Shown here: one piece after another, positions 50,493 through 61,962 of the stretch
How the letters are laid out: every line of letters starts with the position of its first letter
Numbering within the stretch: position 1 is the stretch's first letter
Assembly (NCBI GenBank): GCA_038247415.1
Contig: JBBRUX010000007.1
Location: 32,001 to 96,000, forward strand
Source of the DNA: Chitinivibrionales bacterium
GTDB taxonomy: Bacteria; Fibrobacterota; Chitinivibrionia; Chitinivibrionales; WJKA01
Direction of reading: 5' to 3'
Length of the DNA: 64,000 bases
Notes under the pieces: generated by a model
What the model was told of the DNA's origin: nothing
Seen by the model: only the letters and a program-made list of their open reading frames with translations
The model's database searches: none
Program-made: the position numbers and the translations under genes

Positions 50493-51812
50493 TTACTTAT
50501 TGCGGGAAATGGTAAGATTACCTGCTGCATACAGAGGAACAACAGAAATCCGGTCTAACTCAGAAAAGTTCTCATTTGATAGCCGAATACCCTTTTGGGC
50601 ACGGCCTTCATCAAGAAAGAGGTTCATGCTTTTCATGCTGCCCCGGACACCTGCCTTTACCTCAATAGGAATAATTGCAGTACTTTTGGCAATCACATAA
50701 TCAACTTCGGCATTACTTGCCCGGGCTTCACGATGCCAATAAAAAAGTTGCGGAAGAACACGGGCCGAAAACCCCGCTATCATTTCAATACCCGCATATA
50801 TTTCGGCCATTTTCCCCTCATGTATCAACTTTTCATTGCTGCGTGTAAGATATTCTCCAAGATCAAGGCCCAGTACCCTCTGATAGATTCCAATATCTAA
50901 GGGAAGAGTTTTGAATTTTTTTTCGTCAATTTGTGCAGCCAAAGGGATACCGTGTGCCGAGGAGTGATAGATTTTATACACCAATCCTGCACGTACCAAC
51001 AAATCGAGTGCTGTTTTATACGAATCAATTGAAGTATCCAAAGCGGCTCGGGCATACACAAACTTGCCACCAGCCTGATATACTGACGATGCAAAAGTAT
51101 CGGCGAGTTTGGTAACCGGAATTCGATGGGCGTACTTTCCAAAATCATCGCGAATAGATAACAACATACTATCAATAACGCTTTGACACAAAAGAATATC
51201 TGTATGTTTACGATACACTTCAACCACTGCCGGCATTCCGCCTACCAGTTGATGCGTTCTCATACTGTCTAATAATTTATTATGAAACACCTCATGAGCC
51301 GGCGCATTGACAGACGCACTTTGCAGCAGTTGAGCCAGATCTTCTTCGCCGGTTGCCCATAAAAATTCGATAAACGACATCGGGTACATGAACAACGACT
51401 CAATGCGACCAACACCAAATGACGGTATTTCTGCCAAAGCAAATTCAAGGAGTGAACCAGTTGCAACCGTATGCAACTGGGGCATTTGCTCATAAAAAAA
51501 ACGGAGTGCTCGCAATGCATTTGGACACGCTTGAATTTCATCAAAAAAAAGTAAGGTTTTACCTGGAGTAATAGGCGTTTTTGTAAAAGTCCCAAGGTTT
51601 CTGCACAGCGCAGGAGCGTCAAGATCACCCTCAAAAAACCGATGAACGCTCCGCATTGCTTCGAAATTTATTTCAACAAAATGTTCAAATTGAGCACCGA
51701 GTGCACGAATCGAATAGGTCTTGCCCACCTGACGAGCACCACGCAGAAGCAAAACTCTCTTTTCAGGATCATTTCGCCAATTATTTAAATAGCCTTCAAT
51801 TTTCCGTTTCAT
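50493..51812 (-). CDS. AAA_14 + DUF4143 ATPase
   Basis: GARQVGKT, FFDEIQ, ATGSLL, AEVDY, PIEVKAG. Confidence 0.9.
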   Translation of the reverse strand: MKRKIEGYLNNWRNDPEKRVLLLRGARQVGKTYSIRALGAQFEHFVEINFEAMRSVHRFFEGDLDAPALCRNLGTFTKTPITPGKTLLFFDEIQACPNALRALRFFYEQMPQLHTVATGSLLEFALAEIPSFGVGRIESLFMYPMSFIEFLWATGEEDLAQLLQSASVNAPAHEVFHNKLLDSMRTHQLVGGMPAVVEVYRKHTDILLCQSVIDSMLLSIRDDFGKYAHRIPVTKLADTFASSVYQAGGKFVYARAALDTSIDSYKTALDLLVRAGLVYKIYHSSAHGIPLAAQIDEKKFKTLPLDIGIYQRVLGLDLGEYLTRSNEKLIHEGKMAEIYAGIEMIAGFSARVLPQLFYWHREARASNAEVDYVIAKSTAIIPIEVKAGVRGSMKSMNLFLDEGRAQKGIRLSNENFSELDRISVVPLYAAGNLTISRNK

Positions 51813-51828
51813 ACTCAAAAAGCCTTTT

Positions 51829-51901
51829 ATCATTGATTTTCTTAACGATCATTGGTTTTTTCAAGGATAATATACGATGAATCGTTGGTTTTATCAAGGA
51901 T
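51829..51901. repeat. Three imperfect 21-bp direct repeats
   Basis: ATCATTGATTTTCTTAACGAT, ATCATTGGTTTTTTCAAGGAT, ATCGTTGGTTTTATCAAGGAT. Confidence 0.7.
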
Positions 51902-51972
51902 AGCGGGCATTGAAGATAGGTTTATGGATTTTTAGAGTAATTGAGGTGGGCAAGATCCTCAGGACTCGCTAA

Positions 51973-53418
<1,446 letters not shown>

Positions 53419-53438
53419 TTATTTTTGATCATTCCCCG

Positions 53439-53465
53439 CCCTGCTGGCAGCTCTGGCCGGCAGGG
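53439..53465. terminator. GC-rich hairpin between convergent genes
   Basis: CCCTGCTGGC-7nt-GCCGGCAGGG; weak U-tract. Confidence 0.45.
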
Positions 53466-53490
53466 TCCTTCTGCTCGCCCCCACGTGGGA

Positions 53491-54495
53491 TCACGTTGCC
53501 GAGTAAAAGCGCGAAGGACCATGCAAAACATCCCAATCCGCTTCCTTGAAAATGTTAGCACAATCAGCAACGGTATCTCCCCGTCCTTCCTCTGTTTTTT
53601 CCTCAATATCCCTTGGATTTGCACCTGCCTCAGCCCAGAAAAGATTTGCACCTGCCAGTGCACCGAGAGTACATGGTTCATGGGTACAATTGCCGATGGT
53701 TGCTCTGGGTGTTGCAAGTCTGGTCACCGCCACGATCTGGGCCATACGCAGCTCCGAAATCATTCCCCGTTTTGCCATTTCGGTACCAGGAATGGCAATT
53801 CGACGCGCTGCCCCGGAATACACCGGATTGAATGAAGCCGCGAGCATGATAGCATCTGCCAGTTCTTCGTTGGTATGTTCAGGTCCAACCGGTTCGACAC
53901 AGGTTCCGACATGAAGACCAGCTTCCTTGAAGTTTGCAATTGATGCAACCCGTTGACGTGGATCGATATTTGTGTCAATTCCTTCCCGCAGACGGACGGC
54001 ATGATAGACTCCGCTGAAACCCGATTCTGCAAGTTTTTTTGCAGTGGCACTATCCTGGTCCCCTACATTGGCGATCAAAATTGTAGATTGCAGTAGGTTG
54101 CGCCGCACTTCGGCCGCCACTTCAAAATAATCACCCATTGGAAAATGTGCTGTTGCCATAATGAACACCGCATTAGCGCCATCTGCTTCAAATTGACAGG
54201 CGCAACGTATGGCTTCTTCAACGGTTATGCGAGTACTCTTTTTGAACACATTGTTGACCGCTGCAAACGAGCAAAAAAGACATCCGCAGGAACAGGGTGC
54301 TACATTGACCGCAAACTGTGCATGGACTTCGGCTTTGCCGTTGCAAACTGAACCCGACAGTTTTCGCGCGGCAGCCATAAGGGCATAGTTTTCAGCAGAA
54401 ACCGGAGGGCAAGAGAGAAGGTGCATGATCTGCTCTTTGGTAAGAGATGCACCGTTTTCCACGTTGGATAGGGCTGCCGGAATTTTAGGATCCAT
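53491..54495 (-). CDS. Radical SAM protein, biotin synthase-related
   Basis: CSCGCLFC, GTCVEPVG, LAGANL; start set at MDPKI. Confidence 0.85.
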   Translation of the reverse strand: MDPKIPAALSNVENGASLTKEQIMHLLSCPPVSAENYALMAAARKLSGSVCNGKAEVHAQFAVNVAPCSCGCLFCSFAAVNNVFKKSTRITVEEAIRCACQFEADGANAVFIMATAHFPMGDYFEVAAEVRRNLLQSTILIANVGDQDSATAKKLAESGFSGVYHAVRLREGIDTNIDPRQRVASIANFKEAGLHVGTCVEPVGPEHTNEELADAIMLAASFNPVYSGAARRIAIPGTEMAKRGMISELRMAQIVAVTRLATPRATIGNCTHEPCTLGALAGANLFWAEAGANPRDIEEKTEEGRGDTVADCANIFKEADWDVLHGPSRFYSAT

Positions 54496-54634
54496 ACAAT
54501 TTGTTTCCCTTTGCATTTGAATATTCGAAAAAAACGTCGGTCCATATGTATTTGGTGAAACCATCGGATTGACTGTTGACGATTCCGTGCGAACCTCCTT
54601 GAAAAGGGTGTGTGTATTTGTACCAGACCAGTGC

Positions 54635-54961
54635 CTACCCCAACCTGCAGCTCCCGCCATTCTCCAGATCAACATCCTTGGCCAGCAGCGAAGCATACTG
54701 GGGATGCCTCCGGTAAAAAACCACGGCATACGAACAACTGGACATTATGCTTAGTCCCTGAGCTGTTGCAAATTCTGAAATTGCAACAAGCAGGTCTTCG
54801 GCAATGCCCTTACCGCGAAGGTCGGGATGCACAAATGTTTTGTAAATATCTATAATAGTAGGGGTCGAGTCTTTCCGGTCATAATCGGCCGAACACTCCA
54901 GATTGTCGACGGTACAGAAAAATCGTTTTTTACTCTCATCGTGCTCAATTGGATAGCTCAT
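54635..54961 (-). CDS. GNAT acetyltransferase (YjdJ-like)
   Basis: TFVHPDLRGKGIA, SCSY. Confidence 0.8.
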   Translation of the reverse strand: MSYPIEHDESKKRFFCTVDNLECSADYDRKDSTPTIIDIYKTFVHPDLRGKGIAEDLLVAISEFATAQGLSIMSSCSYAVVFYRRHPQYASLLAKDVDLENGGSCRLG

Positions 54962-54975
54962 GGAGATCCTCCGGT

Positions 54976-55773
54976 TCATTGTGCTATTTTGTCAACTATC
55001 ATCATTATGGTATCAAAGCTCTTTCCACCTGTTTTTAAATCGACCATTGCATTTCCCTGATCGCTGAGCGAAACGAATTGTGGGTCAATCGGAATGGAGC
55101 CCAGAAAAGGTATGCCAAGCTCATCAGCCATCCGTTTACCGCCTCCAATGCTGAATATGGCAGTCTCAGTATTGCAGTGTGGGCAGACAAATCCGCTCAT
55201 ATTTTCTATAACTCCAAACACCGGCAGATTCAATTTATTACAAAAGTCTATTGACTTACGCACATCAAAGGTGGCCACATCCTGCGGGGTTGTGACAATA
55301 ATTGCGCCGTCGGGTTTTGCGGTCTGGACAACCGATAGAGGCTCATCACCTGTCCCTGGAGGCGAATCAATAATGAGATAGTCAAGCTCGCCCCACACTG
55401 TGTAGCCAATGAATTGCGAGATGACCGCATGTTTGAGTGGCCCCCGCCAGATTACTGAGTCGTGAAGATTCTGCAGCATAAATTGAACGGACATGACTTT
55501 CAGAAGCCCGTCATACCGAATTGCCGGTTCCAGATGTGTTTCATCGCCAGCAGTCACAAAGTTTTCGAGCCCGAGCATCTTTGGAACCGATGGTCCATGC
55601 AGGTCTGTGTCGAGAAGCCCGGTCTTTTTGCCTTTGAGTGCCAGTCCAACAGCAAGGTTGACAGCTACAGTGCTTTTACCAACCCCGCCTTTGCCGGAGA
55701 GAACAACGAACTTCTGTTTGATGGTTGAGAGTGTTTCCGCCAATCGTTTTTCATCTGCGCCTTGATGACTCAT
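54976..55773 (-). CDS. Mrp/NBP35 Fe-S carrier ATPase
   Basis: SGKGGVGKS, VIWRGP, DSPPGTGDE, ENMSGFVCPHC. Confidence 0.95.
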   Translation of the reverse strand: MSHQGADEKRLAETLSTIKQKFVVLSGKGGVGKSTVAVNLAVGLALKGKKTGLLDTDLHGPSVPKMLGLENFVTAGDETHLEPAIRYDGLLKVMSVQFMLQNLHDSVIWRGPLKHAVISQFIGYTVWGELDYLIIDSPPGTGDEPLSVVQTAKPDGAIIVTTPQDVATFDVRKSIDFCNKLNLPVFGVIENMSGFVCPHCNTETAIFSIGGGKRMADELGIPFLGSIPIDPQFVSLSDQGNAMVDLKTGGKSFDTIMMIVDKIAQ

Positions 55774-55816
55774 GGAAATATGCTCCTTTTATATAATACG
55801 GTCAGTTTCCTTATTA

Positions 55817-55832
55817 CGCAAAGGCTGTGCCT
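55817..55832 (-). promoter_or_regulatory. sigma54 promoter for mrp operon
   Basis: AGGCAC-AGCCT-TTGCG on minus strand. Confidence 0.65.
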
Positions 55833-55981
55833 TTGTTTTTGTGCAAAAAACGACAATAAATTCACCCGGACTTTGCAATGATGCAATGTTTAATTGCACT
55901 GTTTGCATTAATGCAGGGCTGAATTGTCCAAATGCTGCACAGAAGGCTCGCTTCCCTGCAAAAACAGGCTTTTTTGCAGAC

Positions 55982-55997
55982 GGGCACAAGAATAGCT
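55982..55997 (+). promoter_or_regulatory. sigma54-like promoter for NifB/NifX operon
   Basis: GGGCAC-AAGAA-TAGCT (GG-N10-GC). Confidence 0.5.
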
Positions 55998-56011
55998 TAT
56001 AAACTGTTGTG

Positions 56012-56392
56012 ATGGAAACAATAGCAATAACAAATTGGAATGATATCGTCTCGCCGCTCTACGATTCCGCGTGCAGTATAAAAATACTTGCAACCGATGG
56101 CAGTCGCAAGGTAGTGGATGTACGCAGAATGTCTTTGGTTGATAAAGCCGAGGCTTGTTCGAAGGAAGGAGTGACAGTTCTGATGTGTGGCGCAATTTCG
56201 AATATCGGCAACGCAATTTTGCAGGATAAGAATATCAAGGTGCTTGCGTGGATTCGTGGGTCGGTCGATGAAGTAATTGATGCGTATTTGAATGATGTCA
56301 ATGTGGCGGAACGCTATTCGATGCCTGGGTGTCGAGGAAAATTGTGCGGGAAAAGCAAACAGTTTCGCCATCACAGAAGTTGTTGTGATTAA
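56012..56392 (+). CDS. NifB/NifX-family protein
   Basis: IVSPLYD, LMCGAIS, GSVDEVI, SMPGC. Confidence 0.8.
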   Translation: METIAITNWNDIVSPLYDSACSIKILATDGSRKVVDVRRMSLVDKAEACSKEGVTVLMCGAISNIGNAILQDKNIKVLAWIRGSVDEVIDAYLNDVNVAERYSMPGCRGKLCGKSKQFRHHRSCCD

Positions 56393-56429
56393 TATCGAAA
56401 AATTGCACGTATCTAAAGGAGAAAAAGAT

Positions 56430-56789
56430 ATGAAAATAGGAGTATCTGCAGAAGAATCCAAACCGGATAGCCTGATCGACCCTCGATTTGGTCGAGCAAA
56501 ATATTTCATGATGTACGATGATGTAACTAAGAACTGGGAATCTATCGACAACACCCAGAATCTTCAAGCTGCACAAGGCGCAGGAATTCAATCTGCTGCA
56601 AATGTTGTCAATGCTGGTTGCGAAGTCTTGATAAGTGGGCATTGTGGCCCAAAAGCTTTTGCAGTACTGGACAAGGCAGGTGTTATCGTATATACAGTAT
56701 CAGGGGGAACTGTTCAAAATGCTTTCGATTCGTTTAAGCAAGGGCAACTCACCAAAATTGAGTCCGCTGATGTTGATGGGCATTGGTGA
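56430..56789 (+). CDS. NifB/NifX-family (orange protein-like)
   Basis: DPRFGRA, GAGIQSA, GHCGPKAF, DGHW; AAGGAG SD. Confidence 0.9.
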   Translation: MKIGVSAEESKPDSLIDPRFGRAKYFMMYDDVTKNWESIDNTQNLQAAQGAGIQSAANVVNAGCEVLISGHCGPKAFAVLDKAGVIVYTVSGGTVQNAFDSFKQGQLTKIESADVDGHW

Positions 56790-56846
56790 GTGATCTTTCA
56801 ATTTAAAAATGTGTAGGTCAATAACAAAATAACCAGGGGAGGTCTT

Positions 56847-57185
56847 ATGAAAATTGCCATACCAACAGCAGATGGAAAACTTTGCATGCATTTCGGTCAT
56901 TGTGAGAAATTCGTCATCGCAACCGTTGACGAGCAAACAAAAACAATCACCAGCACAGAAGAAATTGTTCCGCCACCTCATGAGCCAGGGCTGCTGCCTA
57001 AGTGGCTTCATGAAAAAGGCGCAAATGTTATTATCGCGGGGGGCATGGGTATGCGGGCGCAGCAGCTCTTTACTCAGAATAGTATCCAGGTGGTGGTAGG
57101 TGCGCCACCTGAGCACCCGCAGACGGTGATTCTTAATTGGCTTAATGGTACCCTTGTTACCGGAGGAAACAGTTGCGACCATTGA
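56847..57185 (+). CDS. NifB/NifX-family protein
   Basis: HFGHC, PPHEPG, GGMG, NSCDH. Confidence 0.9.
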   Translation: MKIAIPTADGKLCMHFGHCEKFVIATVDEQTKTITSTEEIVPPPHEPGLLPKWLHEKGANVIIAGGMGMRAQQLFTQNSIQVVVGAPPEHPQTVILNWLNGTLVTGGNSCDH

Positions 57186-57295
57186 CACTTGAACAAGCCC
57201 TGAGCGAAGAAGGCGGGAGTGTTAACGAGAGCACGATACAGGATATTAACAGTTTCAAGACTTCTCAAGGTAGTGCTTATTACGAAGGAAATCTA

Positions 57296-57694
57296 ATGCG
57301 GCTCAGAGAGATCCACCATTCGCAATGTTTGTTCAATCGTCAACGTTCAATTGTGCCAGGGCTGAAATTCACGTTTGATGATGCCGGCACACTGCATGGC
57401 ACATTCAACTGCAATGGATTTCAGCAAGGCTATGACAACATGGTTCATGGCGGGGTGATCGCGGCAATAATAGATGCCTCAATGGCCCAATGCCTGATGG
57501 GGCACGGAGTGGTTGGATATACAGCGAATTTGTCGATCAAGTACCGCAAACCAGTTAAAATTCGCACAATGGCTTATCTTGAAACGTCAATTACGGCGAT
57601 CAATTGTGGCCTTTTGCATTCGATGAAATGCGAGATCGTTCAAAACCGGAATCTGGTTGTTCAAGCTACAGGTCGGTTCTTTAAAGTAAAATAA
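57296..57694 (+). CDS. PaaI-family thioesterase
   Basis: QGYDNMVHGG..IID, TANLSIKYRKP. Confidence 0.85.
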   Translation: MRLREIHHSQCLFNRQRSIVPGLKFTFDDAGTLHGTFNCNGFQQGYDNMVHGGVIAAIIDASMAQCLMGHGVVGYTANLSIKYRKPVKIRTMAYLETSITAINCGLLHSMKCEIVQNRNLVVQATGRFFKVK

Positions 57695-57752
57695 GGGTAT
57701 CTGGCTTGGGGGTGTGCATTGATAATTATCCGATGGAGGCAGGTCACAACTC

Positions 57753-58601
57753 ATGAACATAGCAATCGCAAGCGGTAAAGGTGGAACCGGCAAGACCACC
57801 GTCTCGACCAATCTTGCCATGTTACTTGGAGAAATGGGAGAAGCGGTTCGCTACCTTGACTGTGACGTTGAAGAGCCGAATGGTCACCTTTTTCTTAATC
57901 CCTACATTAGGGAGAAACATGCTGCTGTCATCCCCGTGCCGCTCATTGATGAATCAAAGTGCACGGCTTGCGGAGAATGCGTCAGGTTCTGTCAATATAA
58001 AGCGCTTATTCGCCTGAGTAAACTGGTTATGGTTTTCCCGGAATTGTGCCATGGGTGCGGCGGGTGCACGCTCGTTTGCCCGCAGCAGGCGATTGCTGAG
58101 CAGGCAAAGGAAATCGGCTTTGTAGAGACGGGTACATCGGGAATGATCGGTTTCGTGCACGGAAGGCTCAACATTGGCGAGGCAATGAGTCCGCCTCTTA
58201 TTCGCAAAGTGCTTGAACTAACTATGCCCGACACGATCAATATCATCGACGCTCCACCGGGAACATCATGCCCGGTCATTGCTTCGATACGGAAAGCTGA
58301 CTATGTAGTACTTGTTACTGAACCAACGCCGTTTGGACTCAACGATCTGGGTCTTGCCCTTGATATGATTCAAGAGCTCGGTGTACCTCATGGCATAGTT
58401 ATTAATCGGGACGAAGAGGGGAATACCGATGCTCAGAAGTTTTGTGAAAAGAGGCAGGTGCAGATACTCGCACAGATCCCCGATGATCGCCGTATTGCAG
58501 AGAGCTACTCGCGTGGCGAAATGATCATCAGCGCTGTTCCCGGAATTCGTGAACGCTTTACAGAACTGTGGCGATCGATTCGAAAGCAGGTACAGGCATG
58601 A
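57753..58601 (+). CDS. MinD-like P-loop ATPase with inserted ferredoxin
   Basis: SGKGGTGKT, DCDVEEPN, two Fe-S motifs, VTEPTPFG. Confidence 0.9.
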   Translation: MNIAIASGKGGTGKTTVSTNLAMLLGEMGEAVRYLDCDVEEPNGHLFLNPYIREKHAAVIPVPLIDESKCTACGECVRFCQYKALIRLSKLVMVFPELCHGCGGCTLVCPQQAIAEQAKEIGFVETGTSGMIGFVHGRLNIGEAMSPPLIRKVLELTMPDTINIIDAPPGTSCPVIASIRKADYVVLVTEPTPFGLNDLGLALDMIQELGVPHGIVINRDEEGNTDAQKFCEKRQVQILAQIPDDRRIAESYSRGEMIISAVPGIRERFTELWRSIRKQVQA

Positions 58602-59518
58602 AAGAAATCGTGATTATCAGCGGCAAAGGCGGGACCGGCAAGACGAGTATCGCGGCTTCATTCGCCGCACTTGCAAAGGGCAAAGCAGTAATGGCAGACT
58701 GCGATGTTGATGCTGCGGACCTTCATCTTATTCTGAAACCGCAAATCGGTTTGCGCTCAGAGTTTCGCAGTGGGCATAAGGCGCTCATTCGTGCGCAAGA
58801 CTGTACCGGTTGTGGTACCTGCGCCGATGTATGCCGATTTGGCGCGGTGCGTGACGGAACAACGTGGGATACGTATCCCCGCGTCACCTATTTTATTGAT
58901 CCGATTTCCTGTGAAGGGTGTGGTGTATGCGTACGTTTATGCCCCGCCAAAGCGATAGATTTTGCAGAAGAAGTTTGCGGGGAATGGTTTGTTTCCACTA
59001 CCCGGTTCGGCTCAATGGTTCACGCCAAACTCGGAATCGCAGCAGAAAATTCGGGAAAGCTGGTGACACTCGTTCGAAATGAGGCAAAGAGGCTTGCACA
59101 GGAGCAAGAAGCGAAATATGTGCTCATCGATGGTTCCCCGGGCATCGGGTGTCCGGTCATCGCATCGTTGACATCCGCGAGCCTCGCGCTTATTGTTACG
59201 GAACCTACCGTGTCTGGCGATCATGACCTGCGTCGAATAGCGGGTCTGACAAAACAGCTTCGGGTTCCCGCAATGGTATGCGTCAATAAGTGGGATATCA
59301 ACGTTTCCGCAACAGAAAAAATCAAGGAGTTTGCACAGTCACAGGACATTGGCTTTGCCGGACTGGTGCGGTACGATAAGGCTGTCACGCAAGCGCAGCG
59401 GAAACAAGAAACGGTTACGGAATTTTGCTCGGAGGGTGTTGCGATTGACATACAAAACATATGGGATGCGGTTACCAAAGCGCTTGCGGAATATCTGATC
59501 AAAACACAGAATAGTTGA
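58598..59518 (+). CDS. MinD-like P-loop ATPase with inserted ferredoxin
   Basis: SGKGGTGKT, DCDVDAADL, CEGCGVC, DGSPGIGCPV. Confidence 0.9.
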   Translation: MKEIVIISGKGGTGKTSIAASFAALAKGKAVMADCDVDAADLHLILKPQIGLRSEFRSGHKALIRAQDCTGCGTCADVCRFGAVRDGTTWDTYPRVTYFIDPISCEGCGVCVRLCPAKAIDFAEEVCGEWFVSTTRFGSMVHAKLGIAAENSGKLVTLVRNEAKRLAQEQEAKYVLIDGSPGIGCPVIASLTSASLALIVTEPTVSGDHDLRRIAGLTKQLRVPAMVCVNKWDINVSATEKIKEFAQSQDIGFAGLVRYDKAVTQAQRKQETVTEFCSEGVAIDIQNIWDAVTKALAEYLIKTQNS

Positions 59519-59525
59519 GTCGCCA

Positions 59526-59825
59526 ATGACAATCTTGATTTTAATCATTTTTTTCTGTCTGTTGGGGAGTGTAATTTCAGTTTTTCTTGCGGCAGTTGTT
59601 TTGATACTGTCGCAAAAAATGAGGAGCTTTCTGCTACCAATGCTGGCGAGTTATGCGGCCGGAACACTTCTTGGCGCGGCATTTCTTGGCATGTTGCCAA
59701 CGGCCCTTAAAATGGGTGGTCTGCCCGATCAAATTATTGTCAAGTTTGTCCGCAATTCTGGCCGGAATTGCGACTATACTTTTAATAAAGGGTTTGAAAG
59801 GCTAATGAACCAGTCAATCCGGTGA
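59526..59825 (+). pseudogene. ZIP metal transporter N-terminal stub
   Basis: SYAAGTLLGAAFLGMLP then unrelated tail. Confidence 0.7.
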
Positions 59826-59880
59826 TTTCATGGTGGGCGAGGTGTGCAATTGTGAAAATGCAAATCAAAGGAAATACTAC

Positions 59881-60666
59881 ATGGTAAGCGAAAAAGATCT
59901 TCTGTGGATAAAGAATTGGTTTGATACGTACGTGCATCATTTCTGCACTGGTAATGAACGATTCGATTCGGCAATCTGCTTAAAAGTCCGTCATACAAAA
60001 AATGTCGCACGTGAGATTCTTGATATCTCAAATTCTTTAAACCTTGGAGCTGGTGACTGTTTCCTTGCCGAGATCACAGCGCTTCTCCATGATATTGGTC
60101 GCTTTGAGCAATACATGAAATACCAGACCTACTCCGATCAAAAATCGGAAGACCATGCAAAACTCGGTATAGAGATTCTTAAAAAAACAGGCGCACTCAA
60201 CAGGCTGGATAGTGCAGACCGGGAGGTTATCGAAGCCGTAGTTATCCACCATAACAAGGCAATCCTCCCGCAAAGCAGTGACCCGAGGTTTCTGCTTTTT
60301 CTCAAACTCCTTCGCGATGCGGATAAAATCGACATCCTGCATGTAGTAACCGAGCACTATCAGGGAATCAACACCAATAATGCAATCGAACTCGGCCTGC
60401 CGGACGATCCGGAAATATCCAACCGGATTATTCAAAATGTAATGAACGGGAAAATCGCCCGCGCGGAGGACATGCTGACACTGAACGATTTCAAGCTATT
60501 GCAGATCGGATGGGTGTTCGATCTCAATTTCCCGCGATCATTCGAGATGGTCAAACAGCGGAAATACCTTCAGAACATCAGTGCCGTACTGCCGCTGAGT
60601 GACGCTGTGACACAGGCTCTTGCGGTTGCACTCCAGCATATTGATAAAAACTGCGCGAAGGCATAG
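59881..60666 (+). CDS. HD-domain protein
   Basis: LKVRHT, LLHDIGRFEQ, DHA, RDADKIDI. Confidence 0.85.
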   Translation: MVSEKDLLWIKNWFDTYVHHFCTGNERFDSAICLKVRHTKNVAREILDISNSLNLGAGDCFLAEITALLHDIGRFEQYMKYQTYSDQKSEDHAKLGIEILKKTGALNRLDSADREVIEAVVIHHNKAILPQSSDPRFLLFLKLLRDADKIDILHVVTEHYQGINTNNAIELGLPDDPEISNRIIQNVMNGKIARAEDMLTLNDFKLLQIGWVFDLNFPRSFEMVKQRKYLQNISAVLPLSDAVTQALAVALQHIDKNCAKA

Positions 60667-60814
60667 AATAACGGGAAAGTGGTACTCGAATAACTATCGA
60701 GCTGGTTGACTTTACGCTAATGTTTCAAAGAAGGTTCAATGAGTATAATACACCCATCCGCAAGCGATCCGACAAAACTCGAGCGCAATGATCCCGCGCC
60801 GGCACCTCGGCAAA

Positions 60815-60925
60815 CTGTCAAGCTCGGCGGCTGTCATGGCGGAAGGCGCCCATTCGTTCATGGACGTGGTTTCCTCTGTCGTCAGTTACGTCGGACTTTA
60901 TGTTATTAAAGAATCCTTGCTCTAG
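60815..60925 (+). pseudogene. Cation diffusion facilitator fragment
   Basis: SSAAVMAEGAHSFMDVVSS resembles CDF TM2 HxxxD. Confidence 0.55.
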
Positions 60926-60976
60926 CCTGAAGTGTCCCATCTGTAATGTTGACTTAAGAAAAGAAGGGGGGGCGTT

Positions 60977-61120
60977 ATGAACGTTTCATTGCCGGATGAA
61001 GTAGTGCAGGCCTGGAAAAATCGCGAAGGGCCGTTAGTGTTGACAACGGTCAATAAAGAGGGTGCGCCCAATGCGATTTATGCGTCTATTGTCAATATTA
61101 TTGCAGATGGGCTTGCATGA
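60977..61120 (+). pseudogene. Pyridoxamine 5'-phosphate oxidase-family stub (47 aa)
   Basis: AWKNREGPLVLTTVNKEGAPNAIY then stop overlapping next ATG. Confidence 0.6.
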
Positions 61121-61962
61121 TTCAAAAACTGACCATCACCATTCTCGTTGACAATAATTCCGTTAATCCACAACTGGCAAGCGAGCACGGATTGTCAATC
61201 TGGATTGAAGCCGACGATTTCCGGTTTTTGTTCGACACTGGCCAGAGCGATAGTCTCATCCAGAATGCCGAAATGTTAGGCATAGATCTGAGCACTGCCG
61301 ACGCGCTCGTTCTTTCTCATGGACATTATGATCATACCGGGGGTATCGTAGAAGTTCTGAACCTGAATCCAGGGATTACCGTGTACTGTCATCCGGGAGT
61401 TTTTGTTCCGCGCTATAGCCGACAGCCGGACGGCACCATGAAACCTGTTGGTATGACACCTGAAGCATCGGATGCGCTTCATAAAAAAAATAATTTTCTT
61501 CATTGGGTATCTGGCCCAACACTTATTTCAGCAGACATCGGTATTACCAGTCAAGTACCCAGAATAACGGCATTTGAAGATACAGGAGGGGCATTTTACC
61601 TTGACGCAGAAGCCATGCTTCCGGACATGATCGATGATGATCTTGCAATGTGGATCAGGACTGAATCCGGGATAGTTATCATAACTGGATGCTGCCATTC
61701 TGGCCTTGTCAATACACTAAAGTACATTGAAAAACTTTCTGATGTTTCGGAAATACATACAGTAATTGGAGGATTTCACCTTCTTCATGCTTCACCGGAA
61801 CGCATGAAGAAAACGTGTGATTATTTACAGTCAAAAAAAATTGCTCGGCTCGTATCTTGTCACTGCACCGGGGAAAATGCCGCTAAATATTTACAGAAAC
61901 AATGTGGCGAAAAACTGGTTTCGGGTGCTGTTGGGAAAAAACTTTCCGTTTCTTGTCAATGA
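61117..61962 (+). CDS. MBL-fold metallo-hydrolase (COG1237-like)
   Basis: EHGLS, FDTG, SHGHYDHTGG, GCCHSG, GGFHL, HCTG. Confidence 0.9.
   Translation: MIQKLTITILVDNNSVNPQLASEHGLSIWIEADDFRFLFDTGQSDSLIQNAEMLGIDLSTADALVLSHGHYDHTGGIVEVLNLNPGITVYCHPGVFVPRYSRQPDGTMKPVGMTPEASDALHKKNNFLHWVSGPTLISADIGITSQVPRITAFEDTGGAFYLDAEAMLPDMIDDDLAMWIRTESGIVIITGCCHSGLVNTLKYIEKLSDVSEIHTVIGGFHLLHASPERMKKTCDYLQSKKIARLVSCHCTGENAAKYLQKQCGEKLVSGAVGKKLSVSCQ

Noticed and set aside
51829..51901. CRISPR mini-array
   Set aside because: Repeats overlap or are 12 bp apart; no spacers or cas genes
54496..54729. N-terminal extension of the radical SAM ORF
   Set aside because: Overlaps the GNAT gene; better SD/start at 54495
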